A stretch of DNA of 50,874 bases, taken from contig JAXJQK010000068.1 of NCBI GenBank assembly GCA_036311185.1, forward strand, positions 1 through 50,874, given 5' to 3'. Position numbers and translations under genes: made by a program. This document shows positions 1 to 10,300 of the stretch, piece by piece (the first letter of the stretch is position 1; every line of letters begins with the position of its first letter). A model generated the notes under the pieces. The model was not told where the DNA came from. It did not search any database and was given only the letters and a program-made list of their open reading frames with translations. This DNA is from Acutalibacteraceae bacterium. GTDB lineage: Bacteria; Bacillota; Clostridia; Oscillospirales; Acutalibacteraceae.

Positions 1-104
1 AGCTGGAATTGCTCACATACGATTTCTGACAGACCATTAATACTTTTTCTCATATCAGTGGCACCACAGCAGAGAATGATTTTGTAATTACTATATTCAA
101 ACAT
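1..104 (-). CDS. tnpB: IS66 accessory protein TnpB (5' part, truncated by window edge)
   Basis: Manual translation MFEYSNYKIILCCGATDMRKSINGLSEIVCEQFQ contains the IS66 TnpB TDMRKS(I)xGL motif; overlaps the tnpA stop. Confidence 0.88.
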   Translation of the reverse strand, partial: MFEYSNYKIILCCGATDMRKSINGLSEIVCEQFQ

Positions 105-438
105 TAGCCTGTAACACCACCTTTAAAATGTTTTCCAATGTTCCTACATCAACATTTGCAGGGATTGTAATCTTAAAGGCTTTATATTCAACTGTAATGT
201 CAGCAGTATTTCTTGCTTGTAGTTCTGCTTGCTCCTGTAATTTTGCTGGAATTGTAACCTCTACAAATTTTGCTTTACGTTTAGGTTTTCTAACATCATC
301 CTTTGTACTACGAATCCAGTCTGAGAACGTTGATTTTGATATACTGTTAGCAGTACACCATTCTGATAGAGATAGACCACTTGCCTCATAATCAGCTATT
401 AATTTTAACTTTTCATCTTTAGTTCTTCTTATCGCCAT
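97..438 (-). CDS. tnpA: IS66 accessory protein TnpA (HTH)
   Basis: 113 aa, SGLSLSEWC...ISKSTFSDW HTH, FVEV and ITIPANVD motifs typical of IS66 OrfA; SD AAAGGAGG. Confidence 0.88.
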   Translation of the reverse strand: MAIRRTKDEKLKLIADYEASGLSLSEWCTANSISKSTFSDWIRSTKDDVRKPKRKAKFVEVTIPAKLQEQAELQARNTADITVEYKAFKITIPANVDVGTLENILKVVLQANV

Positions 439-445
439 TTTAAAA

Positions 446-487
446 ATCCTCCTTTTAATGAGAATTATATCCCATTAAAAGGAGGAT
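446..487 (-). promoter_or_regulatory. Perfect 15-bp inverted repeat covering the tnpA RBS, with TATAAT in the loop
   Basis: atcctccttttaatg (446-460) / cattaaaaggaggat (473-487); minus-strand TATAAT at 464-469. Confidence 0.75.
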
Positions 488-515
488 GGATAGGCGTGCT
501 TGAGTTGACGCTTAC

Positions 516-635
516 GTTTGTAAAATATTATTTATTCAATAACACTTACATTATAAGTCGAAAACCCCTCAACAGAAGTAATCTTATGAATTACTTTTGC
601 TGAGGGGTTCTATGCGTACTTGAATTGACGCTTAC
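516..635. mobile_element. Second, orphan IS66-type terminus with internal hairpin
   Basis: gcgtacttgaattgacgcttac ending at 635 closely matches gcgtgcttgagttgacgcttac ending at 515; hairpin 563-609. Confidence 0.75.
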
Positions 636-656
636 TAACTTTTGAGGGTCAGATCA
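636..656. mobile_element. IS3/IS150-family terminal inverted repeat remnant
   Basis: taacttttgagggtcagatca resembles the IS3-type end at 32262-32283 (taactttttgggggtcggttca) and ends in CA. Confidence 0.55.
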
Positions 657-713
657 AAACTTTTATTATTTCAAATGCCTACTATAAGGGGATATCTCAC
701 AACTAAGTTATAA

Positions 714-1364
714 TTATAAATCTATTTTTTCAAAACTCTTAATAGATTTTTTTAACGACCATATTGTTCCAACAATATAGGTAACAATACCTAATACTAG
801 AACTATATTTTGGAAAAGAGATGTTCCGGATGTATTATTTAAATACTCTAATCCTGGGAAATGATGTAATGCCTCTCCAACCAAAATTATTGAAAATGCT
901 ACAGCACAAAATTTAAAAAATGGTTTAGCTATTTTATAAGCAGTTTTAAAAAAGTCTCCTAAAAATACAATATTAAATGCAGCAAATATCATTAAAACCA
1001 AACCCAAATATAATAAATTTGCATTCATCATTTGATTAGTTGTATATGCTATCCCATCTTTCATTACTGTCATTCTCAACACAGTAAATACTGTACAAAG
1101 CACAAAAGATACTAACTGTATTATCACAGTAAATAGATATTTTGCAGAAACAACATCTTTCCTCTTTGTAGGTAATAATGCTGTATATATGATATCATCG
1201 TATTCTCTAGTCTGCTGATATGTTTGGAAAATACCAAAACTAACAAAAAAACCGCTACACAATATCGGATATCCTGGGAAGAATGTCATTGCGGTAAAAA
1301 CAATAAATATATAACTCAAAGGATTTGCAGCAAGTCTCATTTCTTTGTATAATAATTTACTCAT
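714..1364 (-). CDS. ABC-2 type transporter permease
   Basis: 216 aa, ~6 hydrophobic segments, LLPTKRKDVVSAKY motif; TAATG coupling to the ATPase gene. Confidence 0.88.
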   Translation of the reverse strand: MSKLLYKEMRLAANPLSYIFIVFTAMTFFPGYPILCSGFFVSFGIFQTYQQTREYDDIIYTALLPTKRKDVVSAKYLFTVIIQLVSFVLCTVFTVLRMTVMKDGIAYTTNQMMNANLLYLGLVLMIFAAFNIVFLGDFFKTAYKIAKPFFKFCAVAFSIILVGEALHHFPGLEYLNNTSGTSLFQNIVLVLGIVTYIVGTIWSLKKSIKSFEKIDL

Positions 1365-2098
1365 TATATTACCACCTCTTCTTTTTCAACATAAACCATA
1401 ATATCTTCAAGAGAAGGCTTCCTTCCCATTTCAATTGCATAATCATTAATCAGCTCATCTTTTTTCTTTGAAAAAACTAATTTTCCAGATTTAATGTAAG
1501 TTACTGAATCTGCACACTTGTCAAGATCGCTGGTAATATGTGTAGAAAATAATATTGTAACTCCTTTTTCAGCCAGTTTTTTTAATATCTCTGTCAGTTC
1601 ATCTCTTGAAACAGGATCTAATCCGCTAGTTGGTTCATCTAGTATCAACAGTTTAGCATGATGTGATAATGCTAATGTCAAAAAGAACTTAACTTTCATT
1701 CCTTCTGACAATTCCATTAACTTTTTATTCTCGTTAATTTTAAACACCGTTAAATAATGTTTATATTCTTCATCGTCCCACTCAGGATAAAATATACGAG
1801 TTATTGCTGCTATTTCTTTAATCTTCTTTCGTTTATAGTAGCTTACTCCACCAACAACATATCCAATCTGTTTTTTTATTTCATCCTCATTTCCAAGAAA
1901 ATCCATTCCTAATATTTTTACATTACCGGAATCTGGACGAACTAAATTCAGCATTGATTTTAAAGTTGTGGTTTTTCCTGCACCATTCCTACCAACAAAA
2001 CCCATTACTTCACCTTTTTCAACGCTAAAACTGATATCTGACAGTTCAAACGTTTCATACTTTTTACAAAGTGCATTTAGTTCAAGTATTTTTTCCAC
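1364..2098 (-). CDS. ABC transporter ATP-binding protein (exporter type)
   Basis: Walker A GRNGAGKTT, signature LSEGMK, Walker B LLILDEPT, H-loop STH; GTG start after GAGG. Confidence 0.95.
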   Translation of the reverse strand: MEKILELNALCKKYETFELSDISFSVEKGEVMGFVGRNGAGKTTTLKSMLNLVRPDSGNVKILGMDFLGNEDEIKKQIGYVVGGVSYYKRKKIKEIAAITRIFYPEWDDEEYKHYLTVFKINENKKLMELSEGMKVKFFLTLALSHHAKLLILDEPTSGLDPVSRDELTEILKKLAEKGVTILFSTHITSDLDKCADSVTYIKSGKLVFSKKKDELINDYAIEMGRKPSLEDIMVYVEKEEVVI

Positions 2099-2294
2099 CT
2101 ACAGTTCCTCTCTTTCTTATGCATTAATTTTTTATCTGTTATTTAACTTAATAATAACTTAAGTTAAAACAACATCTTTATCTAAAATCAACATAAACAG
2201 ATAGATAATAATTTATGATTGTCTTAAAAACTTTTTATTATCCAAAGACTCTTCTTTATATTTGGTATAAATTAAATCTCACACTTTGGTTCTA

Positions 2295-2322
2295 ATTATA
2301 CTCTTCTTTTCTGTTATGTCAA
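2295..2322 (-). promoter_or_regulatory. Sigma-A-type promoter for the ABC operon
   Basis: Minus strand TTGACA-16 nt-TATAAT, ~200 nt upstream of the GTG start. Confidence 0.7.
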
Positions 2323-2620
2323 TTCAAAATTGTATTTTTTTCAATATTTTATTATAAGGGTATTTGGCGACTATATTCATAATAGTTCACCAAACTCTGT
2401 TATTAACCGGTTACACACCAATCTTAATAAAAAATTAAAACTTAAGTTTATTTTACTTACTTTATCCCTTATTAATAAAACAACATTATTTTCACCGTAA
2501 ACTTACCAAAAAAATCAAGCCAATAATTATACTTTTCTTTTATAAGAGAACACTAAATTCAAAATTCATATTTTTATACAACCTAAACTTCGATGTATAA
2601 GATTATTTGATACTAATTAC

Positions 2621-2657
2621 CCTTGTGGTATAAATTCATAAAATCCATACCACAAGG
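2621..2657 (-). terminator. Stem-loop just after the last PKS gene
   Basis: CCTTGTGGTATGGATT / AATTTATACCACAAGG on the minus strand; the G-U pairs form only on the mRNA strand; no strong U-tract. Confidence 0.6.
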
Positions 2658-2666
2658 AAATAAAAA

Positions 2667-5600
2667 TTATTTTATATAAGAATCTAATTCTTTATTTACA
2701 ATCTCTAACACTCTTGCTTCAGATTGTTCCTTAACAATAAATCCATGATCTCCAGGAACAGTATACATTTCATAAGTATTAGATGTTACTTCAGTCCAAG
2801 CGTTCATATCTTCTAGTGGTACTCTATAATCGTCTAATCCTTGGAATCCTACAATAGGCACATTAAATTTTTCTTCTTCATTATAATTGAATCTCTCAAT
2901 TAATCTATATGCCGCAGTGATTAGAGGTAAAGAAGCCTTAGTTCCACTAATTGCATATTCCTCATGTTGAACACTTTGTCCCCAAGCAGAAACAAAAGCT
3001 ATACTTATTTGATCCAAACAATTACTTTCACGCAATTCTTGTTCTGTAGGAATATGATCGTATCCTAATTTTTCTAACTCATCTAAGATTTGATACAAAC
3101 TAGTATTTGGCAAGGATGGTGAAGTGTATCCGGCAACAAAGCATTTAACCAGATTTGCTTTTGGATTATTAAATAATCTATAAGCACATCTATACGAGAA
3201 TAAAGAACCCCAACTATGTCCGAATGTTGCACATGGTATATCCAACAATTTATCTTCTATTACTTGATTAAATGTTTCCATTAAGTCATCAATATCATCT
3301 GGAGCCATCTCTCTCATACGTTCAATATCTAAACCTGGAATCTTAATCGCACAAACATCAATCTCTTCACCAAGAATATTCTGCCAATCTTTAAACATAT
3401 TAGCACTTCCAAATCCATATGGGAAACAGAATAACCTTAATTTTGCTTTAGGATTTTCTTTATACTCATAAATCCAATTTTCGATACTCAAATCCTGATC
3501 GTATGCTATACGTTTATTTTCAGTCTTCATATCATTAAACTGTTTTCCACCAGGAAGATAACGAATCAGTAACTCTGCTATTCCTTTACAGGTTCCACCC
3601 TCAATTAAATCCATATATGAAAGCTCTACTCCAAACGCCTGTGATAAATTTGCATGGAATTCAAGACCTACCATAGAATCCATTCCTAAATCATCAATAT
3701 TTTCTTCTGAGCCAATTTCTTCAGCATTCATTTCTAAAGCTTTTGCTAATATTGTTTTTATATAATCAATAAGCATTGGTAATTTCTCAGATTTTGGTGT
3801 TTGAGAATACTTTAACATAAAGTTTTTATCTAATTCACTTTCCTTATTTGAAGAAGCTCCTTGTGTGTTAGCCAGTTTCCATAATTTCTCTTCATCAAAA
3901 GATTTTAATTTTACACTCTGAATTTCAAGCACTACTTTATCACTTTCATTCAAAAGTTGCAAACTACATTCTGACTCTTCCTTTTTCTCATCGTAATTAA
4001 TAATATTAATTATTGCATAAACATTATTTATATCCTTCTCAGTGCAAATCATAATATCCTTAAGCGAGGATATCATATAACGTTTATTATCAGTATCCTG
4101 ATTAAACATAAGGAAATTACAAACCTGAGCACAGCTATCAATAATTCCTGGATGAATTTTTAGTGCATAGTCAATTGGTCCATCACTATCTTCCGATTTT
4201 CTAAATTTAACAGATGCACTTTTAGAAGCTTTCTCAACATTCTCTACCCATCTTACAGCTTTTCCAAATACATATCCATGATTTTCCATACTATCATAGA
4301 ATTCATTTTCAGAATATTGTTCAGTCGATTCCATTGTTTCAAAACCACTTGGCTTTAATTCAAAGGTTTCTTGATTAATTTCTAAGAGTAATTCACCATA
4401 TACATTTTTCTGCCACTTTTCAGCCTCCATATTTTTACTATAAAATACAAAGGATACTCTATTTTCTTCTATTTCTTCATATGATAAAAGAACTTGTTTA
4501 TTTTCATTATCAAATAATATTATAGGGCTGGCAAATTCCATTTTCACTATACTATATGACATATTTTGGAAAGCTTTATTAACCATATCTGTCAATAATT
4601 CCATATAGTAACCTACATGAACCACACCTGAATTATCTTTCAACTCTTTGAAATTATCAAAATTAAATACGTACTCAATCTGTTTCTGCTTATATGGTAA
4701 AAATAATTCTTTACCATCTAGTCCTCTTTTACTAATTTTCATAAACTGAGTATCAGTATCTTCCTTAGGTGGAGTAACCCAGTACTTATTTTTCACAAAT
4801 GGATAATTTGGTAAAATAACATTTTCACATTTATCTGTTTCGTAAAAATATGTAAAATCAACATCGGTACCATACTCAAAGCAAGCTGCAACAACTTCTA
4901 CAATTTCTGTACTTACTTTATCTTTAAATAATACCATTTCATACACATCTTGTTTTTCATTCCATCGTGTACCTATTTTTCCAAATTCTACGAAATAACG
5001 ATAACCTTCCTGATATAAATAATCTCTAACTTCAGCACTATCTACATCAACCTTAAAATTATTAACAATATCTGAACAGGTTACATTTTGAATAACCTTT
5101 CCCTCTTTTACTGATACGAAACGACATTTAGGTCTTTGTAGATCAATTGTTAACTGATTAAAATCTTTTCCCTCCTGTACACAAGCAAATAAAGCAATTG
5201 CATCTTTTACAGAAAGAATTCCTGCCATAACGGCTGCAACATATGCTCCTACTCCAACTCCTGCCACAATTTCTGGTGCGATTCCCATATCCTTCAACCA
5301 TTGATAAACCGCATATTCAATTGCAAAACTCTCAATTTTCACATTATCAGGATTATCTACATCAAAAGTACAATTTTCATATGCAGATTTAAATAACTCC
5401 ATTGCCTGATCTCTATACTCTTTGCATTTAGGGAATCTTTGGATAAGATATTTTGCATCATCTTTTAATTCAGAAATCTCTCCCGTTAATAAGTAAGCTA
5501 GCTTCGGATTGGTAGTAATTGGCTCTACATATTCTTCTCCACTAGAACATTTCGCTATAAATGCTTCCATTTCATTACATAGTTCTGATTTTGATTTGCC

Positions 5601-7166
5601 ACAAAATACTTTTCTATAAGAAAAATGAGTACGACAAGCATTAGCTGTATAGCAAATATCACTCAAAAAAATATTTTCACTCTTCTTTAAATAATCAAAA
5701 TATTTATTTACGTACTCAGACAAAACATCTTTGTCCTTTGCACTAACAGTCAAAACTTCTAATTCATCTTCTGTGTTAAAAACATTATCTTCTACTGGAT
5801 CTGCTTCCTCTACAATAACATGAGCATTTGTTCCACTAAATCCAAATGAACTAACACCAGCCACTCGCTTTACACCTTCTGTAGTCTTCCATGGTAAATT
5901 ACCTTGAGGAATAACTGCAGGAATTTTTGCTAAATTCAGTCTTGGATTCTGAACCTCATAATTGCTTACTGGCACAATCTCTTTATGGTACAAACTCAAA
6001 ACTACTTTTATTAAGCTCGCAACACCTGCTGCACTTTCCAAATGACCTATATTTCCCTTTACTGCTCCTAAAATTAATGGTTCTTTTCTTTTTGTTTCAC
6101 CAAAAACTTCTTGAATAGCCTTAACTTCTATAGGATCTCCCAAAGATGTACCCGTACCATGAGTTTCTAAATAACTAATCTCATTAGGATTACGCTCACA
6201 GTTCTTTAAAGCATCTTCAATTACTATTCTTTGTGCGTTTCCGTTTGGAACAGTCAAGCCACTACTTGCTCCGTCGTTATTAATTGCACCACCGCAAATT
6301 ACTGCATAAATTTTATCTTTGTCTCTTTTAGCATCGCTTAATCTTTTTAAAACAAGAATTCCACAACCTTCTCCTCTTCCATATCCATCTCCTGATGCAT
6401 CAAAAGGTGCACTTTTACCACTTTCAGACAAAGAATTCATCATACAAAGAGATGACATAACGGTTGGTGATAACATCAAGCTAACACCTCCTGCAAGTGC
6501 CATTTCACATGATCCATTTCTCAATGAATCAACTGCTAATAATGTACTTACCAAAGATGATGAACAAGCTGTATCTAAAGATAATGTTGGTCCATTAAAA
6601 CCAAATACATAAGAAATTCTTCCTGCAGCAATGCTTGATATTGTTCCTGTTCCTATATACTGATTAATTTTTTCTTTATCTCTTGGAATCATTGCATATT
6701 CACAGCTACTATTAATTCCAATAAATACTCCTGTTTTACTTCCAACTAATTTGTCAGGTCTTTTTCCTGCATTCTCAAGAGCCTCCCAACTTACCTCTAA
6801 CAACTGACGTTGTTGAGGATCCATCGCATTCGCCTCAGCTGGAGAAATTTTAAAGAATTTTGCATCAAATTCTGAAACATCTTTTTTTAGAAAATTAGCT
6901 TTCTTGACATACATCTTTCCAGGAATACCACGAACAACATCATAATATTCATTTATATCCCATCTATCCGCAGGGATATCTATCGCAGCATCCTTTCCCT
7001 CTTTTAAAAACTGCCAATATTCATCGGGGGTATCACATCCTCCTGGAAATCGACACGCCATACCAATAACTGCAATTTTTTCATCGGTCTTGTATTTTTC
7101 AAGCTGTTTTTTCAAACTTTTGATTTTGTCAATTGACTGTTTAATTAATACATTAGCATCACTCAT
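2667..7166 (-). CDS. Terminal PKS protein: docking coil-KS7-degenerate AT-DH/PT-like-ACP-TE
   Basis: KS DTACSS/ETHGTGT/NIGH; AT site GVGVG instead of GHSxG; hot-dog domain DNSGVVHVG...HPGIID; ACP GMDS; TE GHSWG and GDH. Confidence 0.93.
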   Translation of the reverse strand: MSDANVLIKQSIDKIKSLKKQLEKYKTDEKIAVIGMACRFPGGCDTPDEYWQFLKEGKDAAIDIPADRWDINEYYDVVRGIPGKMYVKKANFLKKDVSEFDAKFFKISPAEANAMDPQQRQLLEVSWEALENAGKRPDKLVGSKTGVFIGINSSCEYAMIPRDKEKINQYIGTGTISSIAAGRISYVFGFNGPTLSLDTACSSSLVSTLLAVDSLRNGSCEMALAGGVSLMLSPTVMSSLCMMNSLSESGKSAPFDASGDGYGRGEGCGILVLKRLSDAKRDKDKIYAVICGGAINNDGASSGLTVPNGNAQRIVIEDALKNCERNPNEISYLETHGTGTSLGDPIEVKAIQEVFGETKRKEPLILGAVKGNIGHLESAAGVASLIKVVLSLYHKEIVPVSNYEVQNPRLNLAKIPAVIPQGNLPWKTTEGVKRVAGVSSFGFSGTNAHVIVEEADPVEDNVFNTEDELEVLTVSAKDKDVLSEYVNKYFDYLKKSENIFLSDICYTANACRTHFSYRKVFCGKSKSELCNEMEAFIAKCSSGEEYVEPITTNPKLAYLLTGEISELKDDAKYLIQRFPKCKEYRDQAMELFKSAYENCTFDVDNPDNVKIESFAIEYAVYQWLKDMGIAPEIVAGVGVGAYVAAVMAGILSVKDAIALFACVQEGKDFNQLTIDLQRPKCRFVSVKEGKVIQNVTCSDIVNNFKVDVDSAEVRDYLYQEGYRYFVEFGKIGTRWNEKQDVYEMVLFKDKVSTEIVEVVAACFEYGTDVDFTYFYETDKCENVILPNYPFVKNKYWVTPPKEDTDTQFMKISKRGLDGKELFLPYKQKQIEYVFNFDNFKELKDNSGVVHVGYYMELLTDMVNKAFQNMSYSIVKMEFASPIILFDNENKQVLLSYEEIEENRVSFVFYSKNMEAEKWQKNVYGELLLEINQETFELKPSGFETMESTEQYSENEFYDSMENHGYVFGKAVRWVENVEKASKSASVKFRKSEDSDGPIDYALKIHPGIIDSCAQVCNFLMFNQDTDNKRYMISSLKDIMICTEKDINNVYAIINIINYDEKKEESECSLQLLNESDKVVLEIQSVKLKSFDEEKLWKLANTQGASSNKESELDKNFMLKYSQTPKSEKLPMLIDYIKTILAKALEMNAEEIGSEENIDDLGMDSMVGLEFHANLSQAFGVELSYMDLIEGGTCKGIAELLIRYLPGGKQFNDMKTENKRIAYDQDLSIENWIYEYKENPKAKLRLFCFPYGFGSANMFKDWQNILGEEIDVCAIKIPGLDIERMREMAPDDIDDLMETFNQVIEDKLLDIPCATFGHSWGSLFSYRCAYRLFNNPKANLVKCFVAGYTSPSLPNTSLYQILDELEKLGYDHIPTEQELRESNCLDQISIAFVSAWGQSVQHEEYAISGTKASLPLITAAYRLIERFNYNEEEKFNVPIVGFQGLDDYRVPLEDMNAWTEVTSNTYEMYTVPGDHGFIVKEQSEARVLEIVNKELDSYIK

Positions 7167-7230
7167 ATTATCTGTCCCTCTTATACTAATATTATTTTTT
7201 CTTTTTTAGACAACGATAACTTATTAAGAT

Positions 7231-7288
7231 GAATGCTACAGAAATTATGCTAATTATTATTGTTTTATAAATAATCCCCGTAGCATTC
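7231..7288 (-). promoter_or_regulatory. Intergenic stem-loop between PKS genes 3 and 4
   Basis: Minus strand GAATGCTACGGGGATTAT pairs with ATAATTTCTGTAGCATTC (18 bp with G-U pairs). Confidence 0.6.
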
Positions 7289-7332
7289 TTTTGATAAACC
7301 CTTATTCACATAATAATATTTTAAAATGGGAT

Positions 7333-10300
7333 TTATTCATCAATTTCTTGCATAAGTAACTTAAGCAACTCATCTTCTAAATCTACTTCATCATTTAAAA
7401 GTTCATCCAAAGCATCCTCATCATTTTGAGTTGTTTCAAGCTCCACTTGTTCAGTAATTGTTTGTTTATTGTCTTCCTCTATAACACCCAGTGTTTCACA
7501 TAATTTTTGTTTATTCCCGTTAAGCAAAATAAGTTGTTTTGATTCAATTTTTAATGAGTCTTCTATTGCAGTAATACCGTTTTCTTTTTCCATGCGCAAC
7601 ATTCCAAACTGCTTTTCCATTAATCTTTCTTGCACTTCATCCATCATTGAACCTTCTGCTTTCCAGAAAGACCAGTTTATAGCAATACTCTTACCTTTTC
7701 TAATACCATTACTTACCTTTACTTCACGTAAATCAGCAAAACAATCCAAATAACGATTCGCAAAGCAAAAATCACTTTGGCTAGCATTTCCAAAAACAGA
7801 CGAAACAGCTGAAAACATCATAAAGAAATCTAGTTCTTCATCTGCTAATTCTTGATCCAAATAATATGTTCCTAATACTTTAGGAGTTATTACTTTATCC
7901 ATATCTTCTATAGTCTTAGCAACAAACAATACATCATTATTTATATTGCCTGCAAGGTGAACAACTCCATTAATATTATTATAGGATTTCTTAATATATT
8001 TAACTAGTTCCTTAACATTTTCACTATTTGAAACATCAGTTTGAACATATTCTACCTTTCCTCCCAACATTTCAATTTCTTGAATTTGTGCATTGAGTTC
8101 GGTATTATTTGTGCTTCTACCACACAAAATAAGGTTAGCATTATATTTCTTACATAAATGTTTTGATAATTCTTTTCCGACACTACCGAGTCCACCTGTG
8201 ATTAAATATACACCATTTTCACGGAATTGAACAGTACTATCTTCTTTAGGAACAACTTTAACCAATTTACGTGTTTGTCGCGTTCCTTGTGCATATCGTA
8301 TATCACTATCAATACAACCCACTTTGATTTCATTTGCTACAATTTCCACCAATTCTTTCTCGTTTTCACTTTCTTGTGAAATATCAATTGTTTTAGTTAA
8401 AATATTTGGATATTCTAACATTAAGGATTTCAATAATCCATTGACAGCACCTAAAACAGCTGAATGTGCATCATTTTTATTTAAGTAGAAATAATATACA
8501 AAAATTTGCTTATCACCTTGTGTCAATACTGGTTTTAGAGCTTGCATAATGTTTTCCAACTTTTCTTGTACGAATACATCTAGCGGTTTATCATGCTCCT
8601 GGGTAATTAAACCCTCTAAAAATACTATTTTATTTGGTATAAATCCATTATTAACTTTATTTGCAAAATCTTCTGATGTTTCAGCAAATGTTACTTTTTC
8701 TAATATTTCATCACAGAAACGAGAATGTATATTCATTTTGATTTTCTCACTTGCAGATATTATTGTAATATCTCCACGTCCAAAGCTCTCAGTAAAGCTA
8801 ATATTTTCAATATCAGACCATACTTCTTGTGCATATATGGTCTCAGCCTCAACTTCTTCTTTGTTAATTTCCGCATCCAAATCGACATTTGTTAAAATAT
8901 ATTTAGATAAATCGGTAATATTGGAATAATTAAAGAATATTTGTTCATCTAAAGAAACTAAAAATTCATCTTCAAGCAATACCATAGCTTTTCTTGTCAT
9001 TACTGATTCCAGTCCTAATGAGAAAAATCCTTCTTCTACATTTGGAAGTTTACCTTCTGGAAAACACAATACTTCTGCGAATAAAGACTGGATATGTGTT
9101 ATAGTAAGTTCAAGTCTTTCATTTTCATATGTTTCTTTTAACTTTGATAATATACTAGACTTTCCTTCTATCTTTTTGTCTACTTCTTCAACACTTGGTA
9201 TTATCTCTTTATCATTCTTTTGCATACTAACTTTAGAATACATCCAATATGCTTCACGTTCAAAAGAATATGTAGGTAAGGAAATTTTTTTAGGTTGATA
9301 ATCTTTATCTAAATAAAGATTATTCATAATCATTCCCTTTACCCAATTTCCAGCTACCTTATTTATATCTTGTATAACTACTTCATCTGAAATCAACTTT
9401 TTCTTGTTATTTTGTTGTTCCTGCAAACCAACTCTTCCAGTATATATTCCATCATCAGATAAGCCAGCTAATGCTTTTTCTATTTTACTTTCTAGCTCTT
9501 CAAAACTGCTTACAACAAACGCCACTCTATACATTGACTCTATTCTACCTTCAGACAATGTGTAAGCTACATCTCTTAAATCACACAAATCCTTTTTCTC
9601 ACGAATAAATTTCAAGAATTTAACAAGATATCTATTTAACGCTTGTTCTGTTTTTGCAGAGAAAGGAATAATTACTTTTGATAAAAGATGTCCTATATTC
9701 TCCGACTGATTTTCTTCTATATACTCTTCAACAATAACATGAACATTTACACCACCTACACCGAATGCACTTATTCCTGCTCTTCTAGGATATTCTATAC
9801 CATCAATACAAGGACGTTTCCATTTTTCATTTTGTAGTTGAACATAGAACGGAGTATTGTTAAAATTCAAATTTGGATTTATTCTATCTGAATTCAATCT
9901 ACTAGGTACTAATTCTTCATTTTTCATCTGTAAAATTACTTTTAACAACTGTGAAACACCTGCCGCTGCTTCAAGATGTCCAATATTTGATTTTACAGAG
10001 CCGATAGGACAGTACTGCAAATCTTTTGTATACTTCTTATAAACATCAGTAAGAGCTTGAACTTCAATTGGATCTCCTAGTGCTGTTCCTGTTCCATGAG
10101 CTTCAATGTAACTAATTGTTCTTGGATTAATGCCTGATTTTTTCAAAGCTTTATCTATTACATCTGATTGTGCAACAGGATTTGGTACTGAATAACCGTG
10201 TGTTTTTCCACCATGATTTACTGCAGAGCCTTTTATTACAGCATAAATATGATCATTATCTTGCTGTGCTTTCCACAAAGGCTTTAATAGAACCGCACCT

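Larger units (their letters stand above)
1..515 (-). mobile_element. IS66-family element, left end (continues beyond window start)
   Basis: Terminus GTAAGCGTCAACTCAAGCACGCC (reverse complement of 493-515), followed by tnpA and then an overlapping tnpB. Confidence 0.9.
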
